A model generated the notes under the pieces. The model had not been told where the DNA came from. It made no database searches and saw nothing but the letters and a program-made list of their open reading frames with translations. The position numbers were made by a program, and so were the translations under genes. DNA of 64,000 nucleotides. It comes from a virus. Shown here piece after piece: positions 44,423-53,292 of this stretch. The stretch spans positions 49,763 to 113,762 of IMG/VR virus record IMGVR_UViG_3300046747_000672; one strand, 5' to 3'. How positions within the stretch are numbered: the first letter of the stretch is position 1; each line of letters opens with the position of its first letter.

Positions 44423-44715
44423 GGATCACGGCCTCCGGCAGGCGGACGTCCGGGCGAATCGTCTTCACAGCGGGTTTCGGCATGTCGGCATCGGTCGACT
44501 TCACCGAGGCCGACTCAGCGAATGAGATCGCGACAAGGATCGTCGATGCGCTGAACGCCCTCCCGATGCCCGTACCGGCGAGTGAGCGTCCGGTGTTCGA
44601 GGTCGAGGCCGATGGCTCAACGGTGAGCCAGGTGCGACCGCCGGTGACCCCGGCGACGATTCGAGCGTTGGTTTTCGCCGACCTCGGCAAGTACGGGAAC
44701 GTGGGCGGGACGTAA
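44419..44715 (+). CDS. Hypothetical protein
   Basis: Coupled, high GC3. Confidence 0.6.
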   Translation: MRITASGRRTSGRIVFTAGFGMSASVDFTEADSANEIATRIVDALNALPMPVPASERPVFEVEADGSTVSQVRPPVTPATIRALVFADLGKYGNVGGT

Positions 44716-44812
44716 GGCACGCATGATGAACTTCGGTCTCCCCGGCTACCGCAAGCGGTTCCTGGGGCCGGTGATGTGGGCGTACTTGGCGATTCGGGTG
44801 ACGAGGGACGCG

Positions 44813-45082
44813 GCCTGAGCGCGTCAGGCGACCCGAAGGCTGCTGCGGCTGCGCAGGCGACGCCGCTCGGTGGGATGGCGGCGGCGGGGCTGGTGAAGAG
44901 CGGGAAGCAGTAGTCGCTCTCCTCTGCTGCGGTCGATGTCTGTAACCGCAGGCGCGATCCCAGATCAGGGTCATCGCGCGAATGTGTCAAGTGAAGTTTG
45001 CCGAGAGCGAAGAGTAATTCGGTAGACGCGAGTGTCAGTGGCGCGAAAGCGCACCGCAACGGGACGACGCCGGTAACGGTCG
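44813..45082 (+). ncRNA. Candidate ~270-nt structured RNA upstream of the terminase genes
   Basis: At least 8 consecutive hairpins incl. CTGCGGT/ACCGCAG, GCGCGAT/ATCGCGC, TTTGCCGA/TCGGTAGA, and GNRA loops GCGC-GAAA-GCGC and CCG-GTAA-CGG; no plus-strand ORF in the track. Confidence 0.45.
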
Positions 45083-45095
45083 AAGGCGGTAGCGA

Positions 45096-45335
45096 ATGCG
45101 TGGAAAGGCTTTTGAGATCGGCGGCCAGGTCGGTGGCGTGACCGAGATCCAAGAAGACGGCAGTCACATCGAGAAGCCGGTGTGCACTCCCATGATCTAC
45201 GGGGGTCCTCCCCGGTACTGGGTCTACTGGCACATCAAGAACGGCTACGAGAAGGCCGTCGAAGTTGGACGCGAGGAATTCGAAGCAATCCGGAGGGACT
45301 GCCCGGAGTTGCACTGGGCGTCCGTCGGGCCGTAG
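45096..45335 (+). CDS. Hypothetical protein
   Basis: Protein-like composition; start may be GTG 45138. Confidence 0.55.
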   Translation: MRGKAFEIGGQVGGVTEIQEDGSHIEKPVCTPMIYGGPPRYWVYWHIKNGYEKAVEVGREEFEAIRRDCPELHWASVGP

Positions 45336-45344
45336 GTCGTCGAC

Positions 45345-45857
45345 GTGGAAGAGAAACGCGAGTCTTCGGACTCACGCGCGAATGGTCATCCCTTCTTCGA
45401 GAAGGCGACCGATCGAGTCGAGTACGTCATCGGACTGATGACGGATCGGGTCTGGAACCCGGACACATCGAGGTCTCTTCAGAAGGCGCTGTCCGAGGCA
45501 TGGGGCGTGACCCAAAGCACGATCCGCAACTACTCGGCGGAAGCGAGCCATAGCATGCTCGGCACCGTCCGCGAGCGCCGCGCCGAACTCGCGAAGCAAG
45601 CAGTCGAGACGTTGCTCGAAGTCGCCAAGTCCGAGGTGCAGATGCCGGGCGACCGTGCCGCGAAGGTTTCGGCGAGCAAGGTTCTCCTCGAGTTTGCCGG
45701 CGTCGACAGGCCGGACGAGGACAAGGTCCAGAAGCACATCGTTGCTGGCATGGGCGAGGCGACGCCCGACAAGGCGCGTGAAGTCGTGAGAGCGCTTTTT
45801 GGAGACATCGTCCCTCAGTCAAGCCCAGCCGAACTGGAAGATAGCGGTAAGCGCTGA
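45345..45857 (+). CDS. Terminase small subunit
   Basis: HTH (LSEAWGVTQSTIRNY), helical oligomerisation region; immediately upstream of TerL. Confidence 0.7.
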   Translation: MEEKRESSDSRANGHPFFEKATDRVEYVIGLMTDRVWNPDTSRSLQKALSEAWGVTQSTIRNYSAEASHSMLGTVRERRAELAKQAVETLLEVAKSEVQMPGDRAAKVSASKVLLEFAGVDRPDEDKVQKHIVAGMGEATPDKAREVVRALFGDIVPQSSPAELEDSGKR

Positions 45858-47259
45858 AGCGCGACGCCGCGTTCTTGCGGCGTACCAGTCTGCCCTGCCA
45901 GAGAATGAATGGGCTGCCGTTCGGGCCTGGTTTCACACGTTCTACCCATTCCAGCTCGAATGGCTGCTCGATCCGTCGCGATTCGCGGTTTGCAACAAGA
46001 GCCGGCAGATCGGCATGTCGCACACGACGGCGGCCCTCGTCGTCCTCTGGGCAGCGATGCTCGGCGAGACGACCACGCTCATTTCGATCGGACAGCGCGA
46101 AGCTGACGAGGTCCAGGCCAAGGCCGAGAAGCACGCAAAGGCTCTCGTGGCGCTCGGATCGAACTGGGCGCGCGCAAGGCCTCACGGTGAGCAGCTGCGC
46201 TTCGCAAGCGGCGGAAGGATCATCGCGGTTCCGAGCTCGAGCGGCGGCCGATCCTTCTCCGGAAACGTCTTCTTGGACGAGTTCGGTTATCTAGAACGAC
46301 CCGCGGAGATCTGGGACGCCGCGGCGGCCGTCACTCTCCATGACGGGAAGTTCCGCGTCGGCAGCACGCCGAACGGTGTCGGGAACGACTTCCATTCGTT
46401 CTGGAGCAACCCGATCAAGAATCGGGGGTGGAGCAAGCACGAGTTCCCGATCGAGCGAGCCATCGCCGATGGGATGCGAGTCGACATCGACGACTGCTGG
46501 AAGATGGCCCGTGGCGACACGCGGCTGTTCGATCAGCTCTTCCGCTGCCAATTTCTGGGCGGCAACCTCCAGTACATTCCGTCGGAGTTCGTCGAGGCGG
46601 CCTCCGTCTCCGACCTCTACACCTACGAGGGGGAATACTTCGCCGGTCTCGACATTGGCCGCACCGTCGATCGCACGGTCCTCGTCGTCGTGCGGAAGCT
46701 TCCGGACGGAATGCGGATGCTTGCGTGGGTCGCGAGCTGCAAGCGCACCGACTCCGACCAGCTTGAGGCCCTCGTGCAATGGGGCTTCGACACGTTCAAA
46801 CTGCGCCGCCTTTGCGTGGACTCGACGGGCATCGGCGCATTTCCGGCCGAACGCATGCAGAAGAAGCACGGTCAGCTACGAGTGGAGCCGGTGAACTTTT
46901 CTCAGCCTGTCAAAGAAGATCTGGCGACGACGCTCTACAGCGCATTCTCCGAGAAGACGCTCAGGATCGCGAAAACGACGTCGGCCATTAGGTTGCCTCA
47001 CGGTACGACCGCGTCGTTGGTGCGTTCGCTCGAGCCGAACGCCGCCGAACAGCTCCGCCAAGACGTTTGCGCTATCCGCCGCGAGGTGACGTCTGCGGGC
47101 AACATTCGGTACGACGCGCCGCACACGGACGAGGGCCACGCGGACAGCGCCTGGGCGCTCGCGTTGGCGCTCCATGCGTGCGGCAAGCCGCCGGGGAAGA
47201 AGCACGAGATTGTTCCGCAGTCCATGCACGCCCAGACCGGCGGGCGGCTGATCGTCTGA
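45799..47259 (+). CDS. terL: Terminase large subunit (Mu gp28/Terminase_6-like)
   Basis: YPFQ, Walker A NKSRQIGMS, Walker B VFLDEF, STPNG, nuclease GLDIGRTVDRT, DSTGIG, HADSAWALALA. Confidence 0.95.
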   Translation: METSSLSQAQPNWKIAVSAEARRRVLAAYQSALPENEWAAVRAWFHTFYPFQLEWLLDPSRFAVCNKSRQIGMSHTTAALVVLWAAMLGETTTLISIGQREADEVQAKAEKHAKALVALGSNWARARPHGEQLRFASGGRIIAVPSSSGGRSFSGNVFLDEFGYLERPAEIWDAAAAVTLHDGKFRVGSTPNGVGNDFHSFWSNPIKNRGWSKHEFPIERAIADGMRVDIDDCWKMARGDTRLFDQLFRCQFLGGNLQYIPSEFVEAASVSDLYTYEGEYFAGLDIGRTVDRTVLVVVRKLPDGMRMLAWVASCKRTDSDQLEALVQWGFDTFKLRRLCVDSTGIGAFPAERMQKKHGQLRVEPVNFSQPVKEDLATTLYSAFSEKTLRIAKTTSAIRLPHGTTASLVRSLEPNAAEQLRQDVCAIRREVTSAGNIRYDAPHTDEGHADSAWALALALHACGKPPGKKHEIVPQSMHAQTGGRLIV

Positions 47260-47265
47260 GTCATC

Positions 47266-48684
47266 ATGGAGCAACTTCCGGGAGCGGCTGAAGCGAACGG
47301 CCTCGCCGCGAAGCGCATGTCGCCGCGGGCCAAGCATCTTGCGATGCTCGAGCGCTGGGTCGAAGGCAGCCAGTACGAGGGTATGGCCGACTGGTTCGCG
47401 GACGCCCCAATCAGCGAGAAGGCGCCGTGCTTCGTCGAGCCGATCGTGGCCGATAGCATCGAGAGCCACGTCGACATGGTTCTCGGCGAGGGACGCTTCC
47501 CGGCGATCACTTCGAGGCCTGCGGAGGACGAGAGCGAAGACGACGACGGCGACCCGGAGGACGGGCTCAACGAGGACGACTCGGCGCGGCTCGACAAGCT
47601 GGTCTCCGGCGCCGCCGAGCAAGCGCGCTTCCGCGCCCTCTGCCGCGAGGCCTTGTCGATGGCGATGGGATGCGGGTCGAGCTGCGCCATCTACGGCGCG
47701 CGCGACGGCAAGCTCTTTGGCGACACCGTGAAGGCGCGGTGGTGCCAGCCCGAATTCGGAATCGACGGACGGACGGTCGTCAAGCTCGTCATCGAGTATC
47801 CGTACGTCGACACCTACCAAGACGTCGATGGGACGTGGCGGGTGCGTGCGCGCGTGTTTCGCCGCGAGCTCGACGAGACGAAGGACGTCACCTACAAGCC
47901 GGCCGAAGCCAGGGACGAGAAGGTCGACTGGAAGGGCTCGGTTGCGACGCGCATCGAGCACGGACTCGGGTTCTGCCCGGTCGTCTGGTACCCATTCTTC
48001 CGCGGCGCAAGCATCGTCGGTCAGATCGACGGCCACGCGCCGCACGCGAACTTGCTCGACGAGATTCGAGCGCATGACACCGCTGTCTCCCAGCGTCACC
48101 GCGCCGCGCTCTATGCGGGCGACCCGCAATGGACCGAGTGCGGCGTCGAGCCAGGCTCCAACCCGTCCGACGTTGGCAAGATCACGCCGATGCCGATCAC
48201 CCAGCACGGCGGTCCGCCGAGTGCGGACAACCCGGTCGTCGGTTCGTTCCCGAATTCAGGAAGCGCGCAGACGAACGGGCGCAAGAAGCACCCGGGGACT
48301 GTCTGGCAGTACGAGAACGAGAACGCCAAGGTGGATCTCCACCAGCTCTCCGGTGACGCGCTGAAAGCCATCAGCGAGAACGGGACCGACCTGCGGCTCA
48401 AGATCATGCAGGCGCTCGCCTACGTGCCGCTCGACCCGGAGTCGAGCCACGTCATGCGAGGGAGCCTGTCCGGCAAGGCGCTCGAATCGCTTCGCGAGCG
48501 GCAGTTGAATCGCGACGATCGCATCCGGGACGACTTCGGCGACGGCTTCATGAAACCGAGCGTTCAGATGTTGCTGCGCATTTGTGCGTCGAAGGCCAGC
48601 GGGCTCCGCGTGCGCGGGCTCAAGGCTGCCGCGCCGATTCTGGCGAGGTTCACGCAAGGGGACACGCTTCGTGCCGTGGCTTGA
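47266..48684 (+). CDS. Portal protein, N-terminal/main part (SPP1-like)
   Basis: Follows TerL; HGLGFCPVVWY, LSGKALE motifs; lacks the usual C-terminal crown segment. Confidence 0.85.
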   Translation: MEQLPGAAEANGLAAKRMSPRAKHLAMLERWVEGSQYEGMADWFADAPISEKAPCFVEPIVADSIESHVDMVLGEGRFPAITSRPAEDESEDDDGDPEDGLNEDDSARLDKLVSGAAEQARFRALCREALSMAMGCGSSCAIYGARDGKLFGDTVKARWCQPEFGIDGRTVVKLVIEYPYVDTYQDVDGTWRVRARVFRRELDETKDVTYKPAEARDEKVDWKGSVATRIEHGLGFCPVVWYPFFRGASIVGQIDGHAPHANLLDEIRAHDTAVSQRHRAALYAGDPQWTECGVEPGSNPSDVGKITPMPITQHGGPPSADNPVVGSFPNSGSAQTNGRKKHPGTVWQYENENAKVDLHQLSGDALKAISENGTDLRLKIMQALAYVPLDPESSHVMRGSLSGKALESLRERQLNRDDRIRDDFGDGFMKPSVQMLLRICASKASGLRVRGLKAAAPILARFTQGDTLRAVA

Positions 48685-49027
48685 GCCGAGCCTATCGCTT
48701 CGCTGGGGGCCCTATGCGAAGCTCGATGGCGACGAGCAGAGCAAGATCGTAACGGCGACCATCGCGGCCAAAGACGCCGGCATCTGCACGACGCGTCAGG
48801 CGGTCGAAAAGGTGGCTCCCGTCTTCGGCACCGAAAACGTGGACGCCGTCCTCGCGGCTCTTGAGAAAGAGGCCGACGAGCGCGCAAAGAAGATGCTCGA
48901 CCAGCAGATGACGCTCGAGCACTCGATGGCGAAACTTGCAAACGGAAGCGAAGCTCCTCCAGGCGGAGAAAAAGGCAAGGACGCGAATCCGAGCGGCGGC
49001 GACGCTGCTGCTTCTGGCGCCGCGTAG
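48671..49027 (+). CDS. Portal C-terminal segment encoded in the +1 frame
   Basis: LSLRWGPY...DEQSKIV...AGICTTRQAVEKVAPVFGTENVDAVLAALEKE resembles SPP1-type portal C-termini; AAGGGGA precedes GTG 48671. Confidence 0.7.
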   Translation: MPWLEPSLSLRWGPYAKLDGDEQSKIVTATIAAKDAGICTTRQAVEKVAPVFGTENVDAVLAALEKEADERAKKMLDQQMTLEHSMAKLANGSEAPPGGEKGKDANPSGGDAAASGAA

Positions 49028-49523
49028 GTACGCCGAGAGTGACTTTGCCGAATCCGTCCTCCTCGCGCGTCTCAACTCGGCCCGCGCGGGCGTAGCCGCT
49101 GCGGACGCGGCACTCGCCAAACTGAAGCTTGAGCCGATGACGCTGTCGGTCGTCAAGGCGGGCGCAGAGGACTACGGTCGCGCAAACGTCGTCGCCAGGA
49201 ATTACTCAACATGGCTGAAGACGTCGCCTCTCGGCGATCTGTCGGCCGATGAGGCGCGAGCGCTCGTCCTGCGGCGCGCGGACCGAATCGCTGCGACGGA
49301 ATCCGCGACCGCGTTCAACGACGGTCTACGGGCTGAAGCGCAGAAGGTGGCACGCGACCGAGACGTGACGCTCTACCGCACGTGGAGCGCGCTCGGCGAC
49401 GCGTGTCCGCTCTGCTGGGACAATCACGGCGACCGCGTGCGGATCAACGAATCCTACCGGAGCGGCGAGGAACCAGGACACGTCCACGTGTCTTGTCGCT
49501 GCTCAGAAGAATACTCGACATGA
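48936..49523 (+). CDS. MuF/SPP1 gp7-like minor head protein
   Basis: RADRIAATESATAFN...WSALGDACPLC...HVHVSCRC. Confidence 0.8.
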   Translation: MQTEAKLLQAEKKARTRIRAAATLLLLAPRRYAESDFAESVLLARLNSARAGVAAADAALAKLKLEPMTLSVVKAGAEDYGRANVVARNYSTWLKTSPLGDLSADEARALVLRRADRIAATESATAFNDGLRAEAQKVARDRDVTLYRTWSALGDACPLCWDNHGDRVRINESYRSGEEPGHVHVSCRCSEEYST

Positions 49524-49717
49524 AACTCTGCGCCATTTGCTGCACGCTGAACGAAGACGCCACGACGTGCCTCGCTTGTGGCGAGGCCTCGTGGGCGGAC
49601 GACGATAGCGAAGCAGCCAAAGCGCCGCCGGAACCATCGGAGCCGACGGACGACAAGCAAGACCCAGCGTCGACGCAGCCTGACTTCCGTAGCGCCGGGC
49701 GGCGTGGCCGGCGGTGA
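49520..49717 (+). CDS. Small Zn-ribbon protein
   Basis: CAIC...CLACG; coupled. Confidence 0.6.
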   Translation: MKLCAICCTLNEDATTCLACGEASWADDDSEAAKAPPEPSEPTDDKQDPASTQPDFRSAGRRGRR

Positions 49718-50148
49718 GAAACGTCTGTATCGAGGTCCCTCTCGGCAGCACGTCGCCAGCGGCTGCGTCCACGGCAGCAGGATTGTCTGCCGGCGGGTTT
49801 TCGAAATGGCGCCAGCTCGCGTTCGTCGCAACCGTTACGGGCGCTACAGGCGGAGCGCTGGACGTCTACGTGCAGCACTCGCCGGACGGCGTGACCTGGT
49901 ACGACTACATCCACTTCACGCAGGCGGCGGCTGCTGCCTCCGCGGTGACCTACTTCTATTCGCCGACGGTCGACAACGACAGCATCGTCGCGATCGGAAA
50001 AAACACGACACCGGCGCTCGCCGCCAACACGGCGGTCGGCGGCCCGTGGTTTGACCAGCTCCGTGTGCTCTACGTCGCGGGCGCGTCAACGAGCGCGGGG
50101 GCGGCGCAGGTCGTCAACGTGCTTTGCGGCATGCCGGAGCAAGGATGA
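49714..50148 (+). CDS. Putative head decoration / beta-sandwich virion protein
   Basis: LDVYVQHSPDGVTWYD...QLRVLY. Confidence 0.6.
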   Translation: MRNVCIEVPLGSTSPAAASTAAGLSAGGFSKWRQLAFVATVTGATGGALDVYVQHSPDGVTWYDYIHFTQAAAAASAVTYFYSPTVDNDSIVAIGKNTTPALAANTAVGGPWFDQLRVLYVAGASTSAGAAQVVNVLCGMPEQG

Positions 50149-50528
50149 GCATCTCGCGCGTTCTCGACGCGAGCGGCAACGTTCAGCCGCACACGTTTCA
50201 GATTGGCGGCGGAACGGACGAGGTGGTGCCACCCGCGTGGGCGACGAGGCAGCACGCGCCGTTGCCTGTTGCGCCTGTCGCTGCGCCCATGGCCCACGTG
50301 GCCACGCAGGCAATCCAGTCCGCATCGCCTGACCCCAAACGCTCGCCAAGCGGCGCCGTCCTGTCGACCAAGCAATTGCTTGCCGACCTACGCGCACGGC
50401 TACGGGTCGTCGAACGCGAGATCAAGGTTCGCAAGTCGCTCGACCAAGAGCGCGATCAGATCCGACGGCTCATCAAAGCCGCGCAGCAAGAACGAGACAA
50501 CGTGCGCCGCATTCGCGCGGCCGGCTGA
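50145..50528 (+). CDS. Hypothetical protein with C-terminal coiled coil
   Basis: Coupled. Confidence 0.6.
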   Translation: MSISRVLDASGNVQPHTFQIGGGTDEVVPPAWATRQHAPLPVAPVAAPMAHVATQAIQSASPDPKRSPSGAVLSTKQLLADLRARLRVVEREIKVRKSLDQERDQIRRLIKAAQQERDNVRRIRAAG

Positions 50529-50552
50529 CCACGAAAAGAAGGGCATTCGACC

Positions 50553-50963
50553 ATGGCAACGATCACCGGGACCCTCCGCGGGTGCAACCTCAAGAACAAG
50601 GCCAACCAGGGCGCCGGCACGACGACCCGCGACGGCCTTGAGGTGTGGGAACTCACCTACGATTTCGCGGCCTATACAGGCTCGAGCGACGACGCGACCG
50701 TGACTGGCGTGCCGGCCGCCATCAGCGCCCGTGTGCGCGACGGCAAGACCCGCACGCTCCTCTGGGGCGCGCCCGCGTACTGCGGCGCCGACGCGAACAA
50801 CCAGCCCGTGAACTTCTGCGGCACCTCCGTCGCCGCGCTCACCATCTCCACGAACGACTTCACCGGCGAGCTCTGCACCGTGAACACCGTGTCGACCGAG
50901 GTCACGGCTACCAGCGGCGTGACCGCTGGCGTCGGGATCCTCGTCGGCGTCGCGGTGACCTGA
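50553..50963 (+). CDS. Putative virion structural protein
   Basis: Thr/Gly/Ala-rich, strongly biased codons, in head operon. Confidence 0.65.
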   Translation: MATITGTLRGCNLKNKANQGAGTTTRDGLEVWELTYDFAAYTGSSDDATVTGVPAAISARVRDGKTRTLLWGAPAYCGADANNQPVNFCGTSVAALTISTNDFTGELCTVNTVSTEVTATSGVTAGVGILVGVAVT

Positions 50964-50970
50964 TTCGCCG

Positions 50971-51255
50971 ATGAACATCGAACCGACCGGAGGCTACGTC
51001 GCCGTCACGTTTCTCGACGATTACGACGCAGATGAGAAAGAGGGCGAGGTGGAGCGCTACGACGCGACGCCTGCAAACTCGTCGCCTTCGGCCGTGTGCT
51101 TCGCGCAGTGTGATGGCGTCGGCAAGGAGGTCAAGCGCTGCAAGCGCGGCGACATCGTCCTTGTCATGGAGTACGCGCGCGCGAACGGAATCAAGATCAG
51201 CGATGACGCCATGCTGGTCGACCAGTGGAACATTGTCGGTATCGTGAAGCAGTAG
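50971..51255 (+). CDS. GroES-like co-chaperonin (Cpn10)
   Basis: MNIEPTGGYVAV ~ MNIRPLHDRVIV; AQCDGVGKEVKRCKRGDIVLV ~ GEVLAVG..VKVGDIVIF; MLVDQWNIVGIV ~ LIMSESDILAIV. Confidence 0.75.
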   Translation: MNIEPTGGYVAVTFLDDYDADEKEGEVERYDATPANSSPSAVCFAQCDGVGKEVKRCKRGDIVLVMEYARANGIKISDDAMLVDQWNIVGIVKQ

Positions 51256-51339
51256 CGAACTGAAATAGGCGAGCTCCATCGAGCCTGCCGAACCCATACG
51301 GGCCGCCGCCGGATTCAACGGGCGAAAGGGTAGACGAGC

Positions 51340-52095
51340 ATGAGTCAGTCGAACGTCGAAGTTCCGCCTGTGGTCCCGGCCGTGGCGCCTCCTGCTGTTC
51401 CGGCGCCGCCGGCAACGCCAGTCGCAGCGCCAACGCCCGTCGCGGTTGCGCCGGTAGCGGCAGTCACTCCGGCGCCGGCAACGCCAGCCGCTCCCGTCGT
51501 GTCGCCTCCGGCCGATGAGCCGAGTTGGTTCAAGCCTCGTATCGATCAGGCGAAGCGCTCGGGGAAGACCGAGGTCCTCTCCGCTCTCGGCGTGAAGGAC
51601 GAAGCAGAAGCGAAGGCGCTCCTCGACAAGGCACGCGCCGTCGAGGAAGCCGCCAAGACCGAGCTCCAGAAGGCGAAAGAGAAGGCGGACGGTTTCGAGA
51701 CGCGCGCCAAGCGAGCCGACGCGCTGGAAGCCGCCGTCAAGTCGCAGTCCGACATTGAGCTCGCGAGCCTGACCGAGGCGCAACGCGCGATCGTGGCCGA
51801 CATCATCGGCGATGATCCGGCGACGATCGTCCAGAAGCTCCCGAAGTTGAAGGCGTCGTGGGCGACTGCTGCTCCGGCGGCGGCGCAGGCGGCGGCGCAG
51901 GTCGTTGCTGCACCGCTTGCACCGGCAGCGCCACTTCCCGCTCCGGCAACCACAAGCCCGCCGCCGAACGCGCCAGGCGGCTCGACGGTCGCAACGCCTG
52001 ACCACAAGGCCGAATACGTCGCACTCAAAGCGAAGAACCCGCACCAAGCGGCGCTCTACCTGAACGCCTACAGCGACAAGATTTACCCGCGCTAG
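51340..52095 (+). CDS. Capsid scaffolding protein
   Basis: Pro/Ala-rich termini, central coiled coil (KTELQKAKEKA); just before MCP. Confidence 0.8.
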   Translation: MSQSNVEVPPVVPAVAPPAVPAPPATPVAAPTPVAVAPVAAVTPAPATPAAPVVSPPADEPSWFKPRIDQAKRSGKTEVLSALGVKDEAEAKALLDKARAVEEAAKTELQKAKEKADGFETRAKRADALEAAVKSQSDIELASLTEAQRAIVADIIGDDPATIVQKLPKLKASWATAAPAAAQAAAQVVAAPLAPAAPLPAPATTSPPPNAPGGSTVATPDHKAEYVALKAKNPHQAALYLNAYSDKIYPR

Positions 52096-52197
52096 CCACC
52101 TTCGCCGGCGCGCTGACCACATCCAAAGGAACAGCCACGCCGGCAGCTTGCCGGGATGCCGGGGTCTGCCCGGTCTCTTGAAACAAGGAAAGCACCG

Positions 52198-53292
52198 ATG
52201 CCCATCTCCCGTGCACAACTGCCCGAAGAGTTCTTCGATCGAACCTCGGCAACGCTTCTGGCTCAGCCCGAGCCGCAGTACCTCTACGCGCGTCTTTTCA
52301 TGCGCGCGATGAACATTCAGCTCGGCCTCCCGACCACGCTCGGCCGCGCTGGCTATGAAATCGGCGGACAGGGCGCGCCATACACCGCAGCGGAGGCCGA
52401 CCGGCTGATGTTGTCGGATGACATGGCCACCGAGGTTTACGCCGCGAAGGCCGACTTCACCGGTGAGCCTGGCCACATCATGAAGTTCAACCGCCCGAAG
52501 TACGCCAACACGACGTACACGCAGGCGGTTCGCGAGGTCGGAACGAACCAGTCCGTCTCGACGACCCCGATCTCAGCGTCGAGCGAGCAAGCGCTTTTGC
52601 AAATCAAGCGCTTCGCTGGTCCGTACGATCAGGACAACGGCCGCGTCGCGCCGTACGGACTGGACGCGTTCGACGCTTCGATGGGCGTGCACGATCTGAC
52701 GAAGTTCGTCGGCACGCACTTGAAGCGCGACTTCCACCGCACACTCGACGCGTTCTGGGTGACGCTCGCCGACCTCGCGTCGACCACTGCCTACCCGTAC
52801 GGGATGTCAGCCGCGAACGACGCGACCACCAAAGGTCAGTTCCCGCTGACCTACGAGTTCATGTCGCGCGTGTCCAAGTCGATGGACGAGTCGAATCTGC
52901 CGACGCTCGGCGACGGGCGACGCATTCTCGTCGTGACCCCGACCGGGAAAAAGCAACTCAAGGACGACCCGCAGTTCGCGCGGTACGCCGAGTTCTACAA
53001 GGAAGCGAACCCGCTCTTCCCGGGGTGGTTCGGCAGCACGGCGGAGTTCCACTGCTTCATGTCGAACACGCTCACCATCACGTCGAACTCGTCGTCGATC
53101 AATATCCACAACGGGCACGCGATCGCCCCCGGCGCGTTCCTCGGTGGCCGCGGCAAGACGATCGATGTTCGCGCAGCGTCGGATGACAACTACGGCGAGA
53201 CCGCCAAGGTCATCTGGCTCGCGTACCTCGCCCTTGGCCTCGCCGACAACCGCTTCATCGTGAAGCTGTCCTACACGGAGGACGTCTCGTAA
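52198..53292 (+). CDS. Major capsid protein
   Basis: 364 aa, AAGGA SD, follows scaffold, strong codon bias; DDNYGETAKVIW C-terminal motif. Confidence 0.85.
   Translation: MPISRAQLPEEFFDRTSATLLAQPEPQYLYARLFMRAMNIQLGLPTTLGRAGYEIGGQGAPYTAAEADRLMLSDDMATEVYAAKADFTGEPGHIMKFNRPKYANTTYTQAVREVGTNQSVSTTPISASSEQALLQIKRFAGPYDQDNGRVAPYGLDAFDASMGVHDLTKFVGTHLKRDFHRTLDAFWVTLADLASTTAYPYGMSAANDATTKGQFPLTYEFMSRVSKSMDESNLPTLGDGRRILVVTPTGKKQLKDDPQFARYAEFYKEANPLFPGWFGSTAEFHCFMSNTLTITSNSSSINIHNGHAIAPGAFLGGRGKTIDVRAASDDNYGETAKVIWLAYLALGLADNRFIVKLSYTEDVS

Noticed and set aside
51255-51265. 11-mer GCGAACTGAAA shared with the late leader (42736)
   Set aside because: Only two copies seen; an 11-nt match can arise by chance in 64 kb; flanks are unrelated
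51340-51520. Repetitive Pro/Ala/Val-coding DNA in the scaffold gene
   Set aside because: Ordinary low-complexity scaffold terminus, not a DNA repeat element
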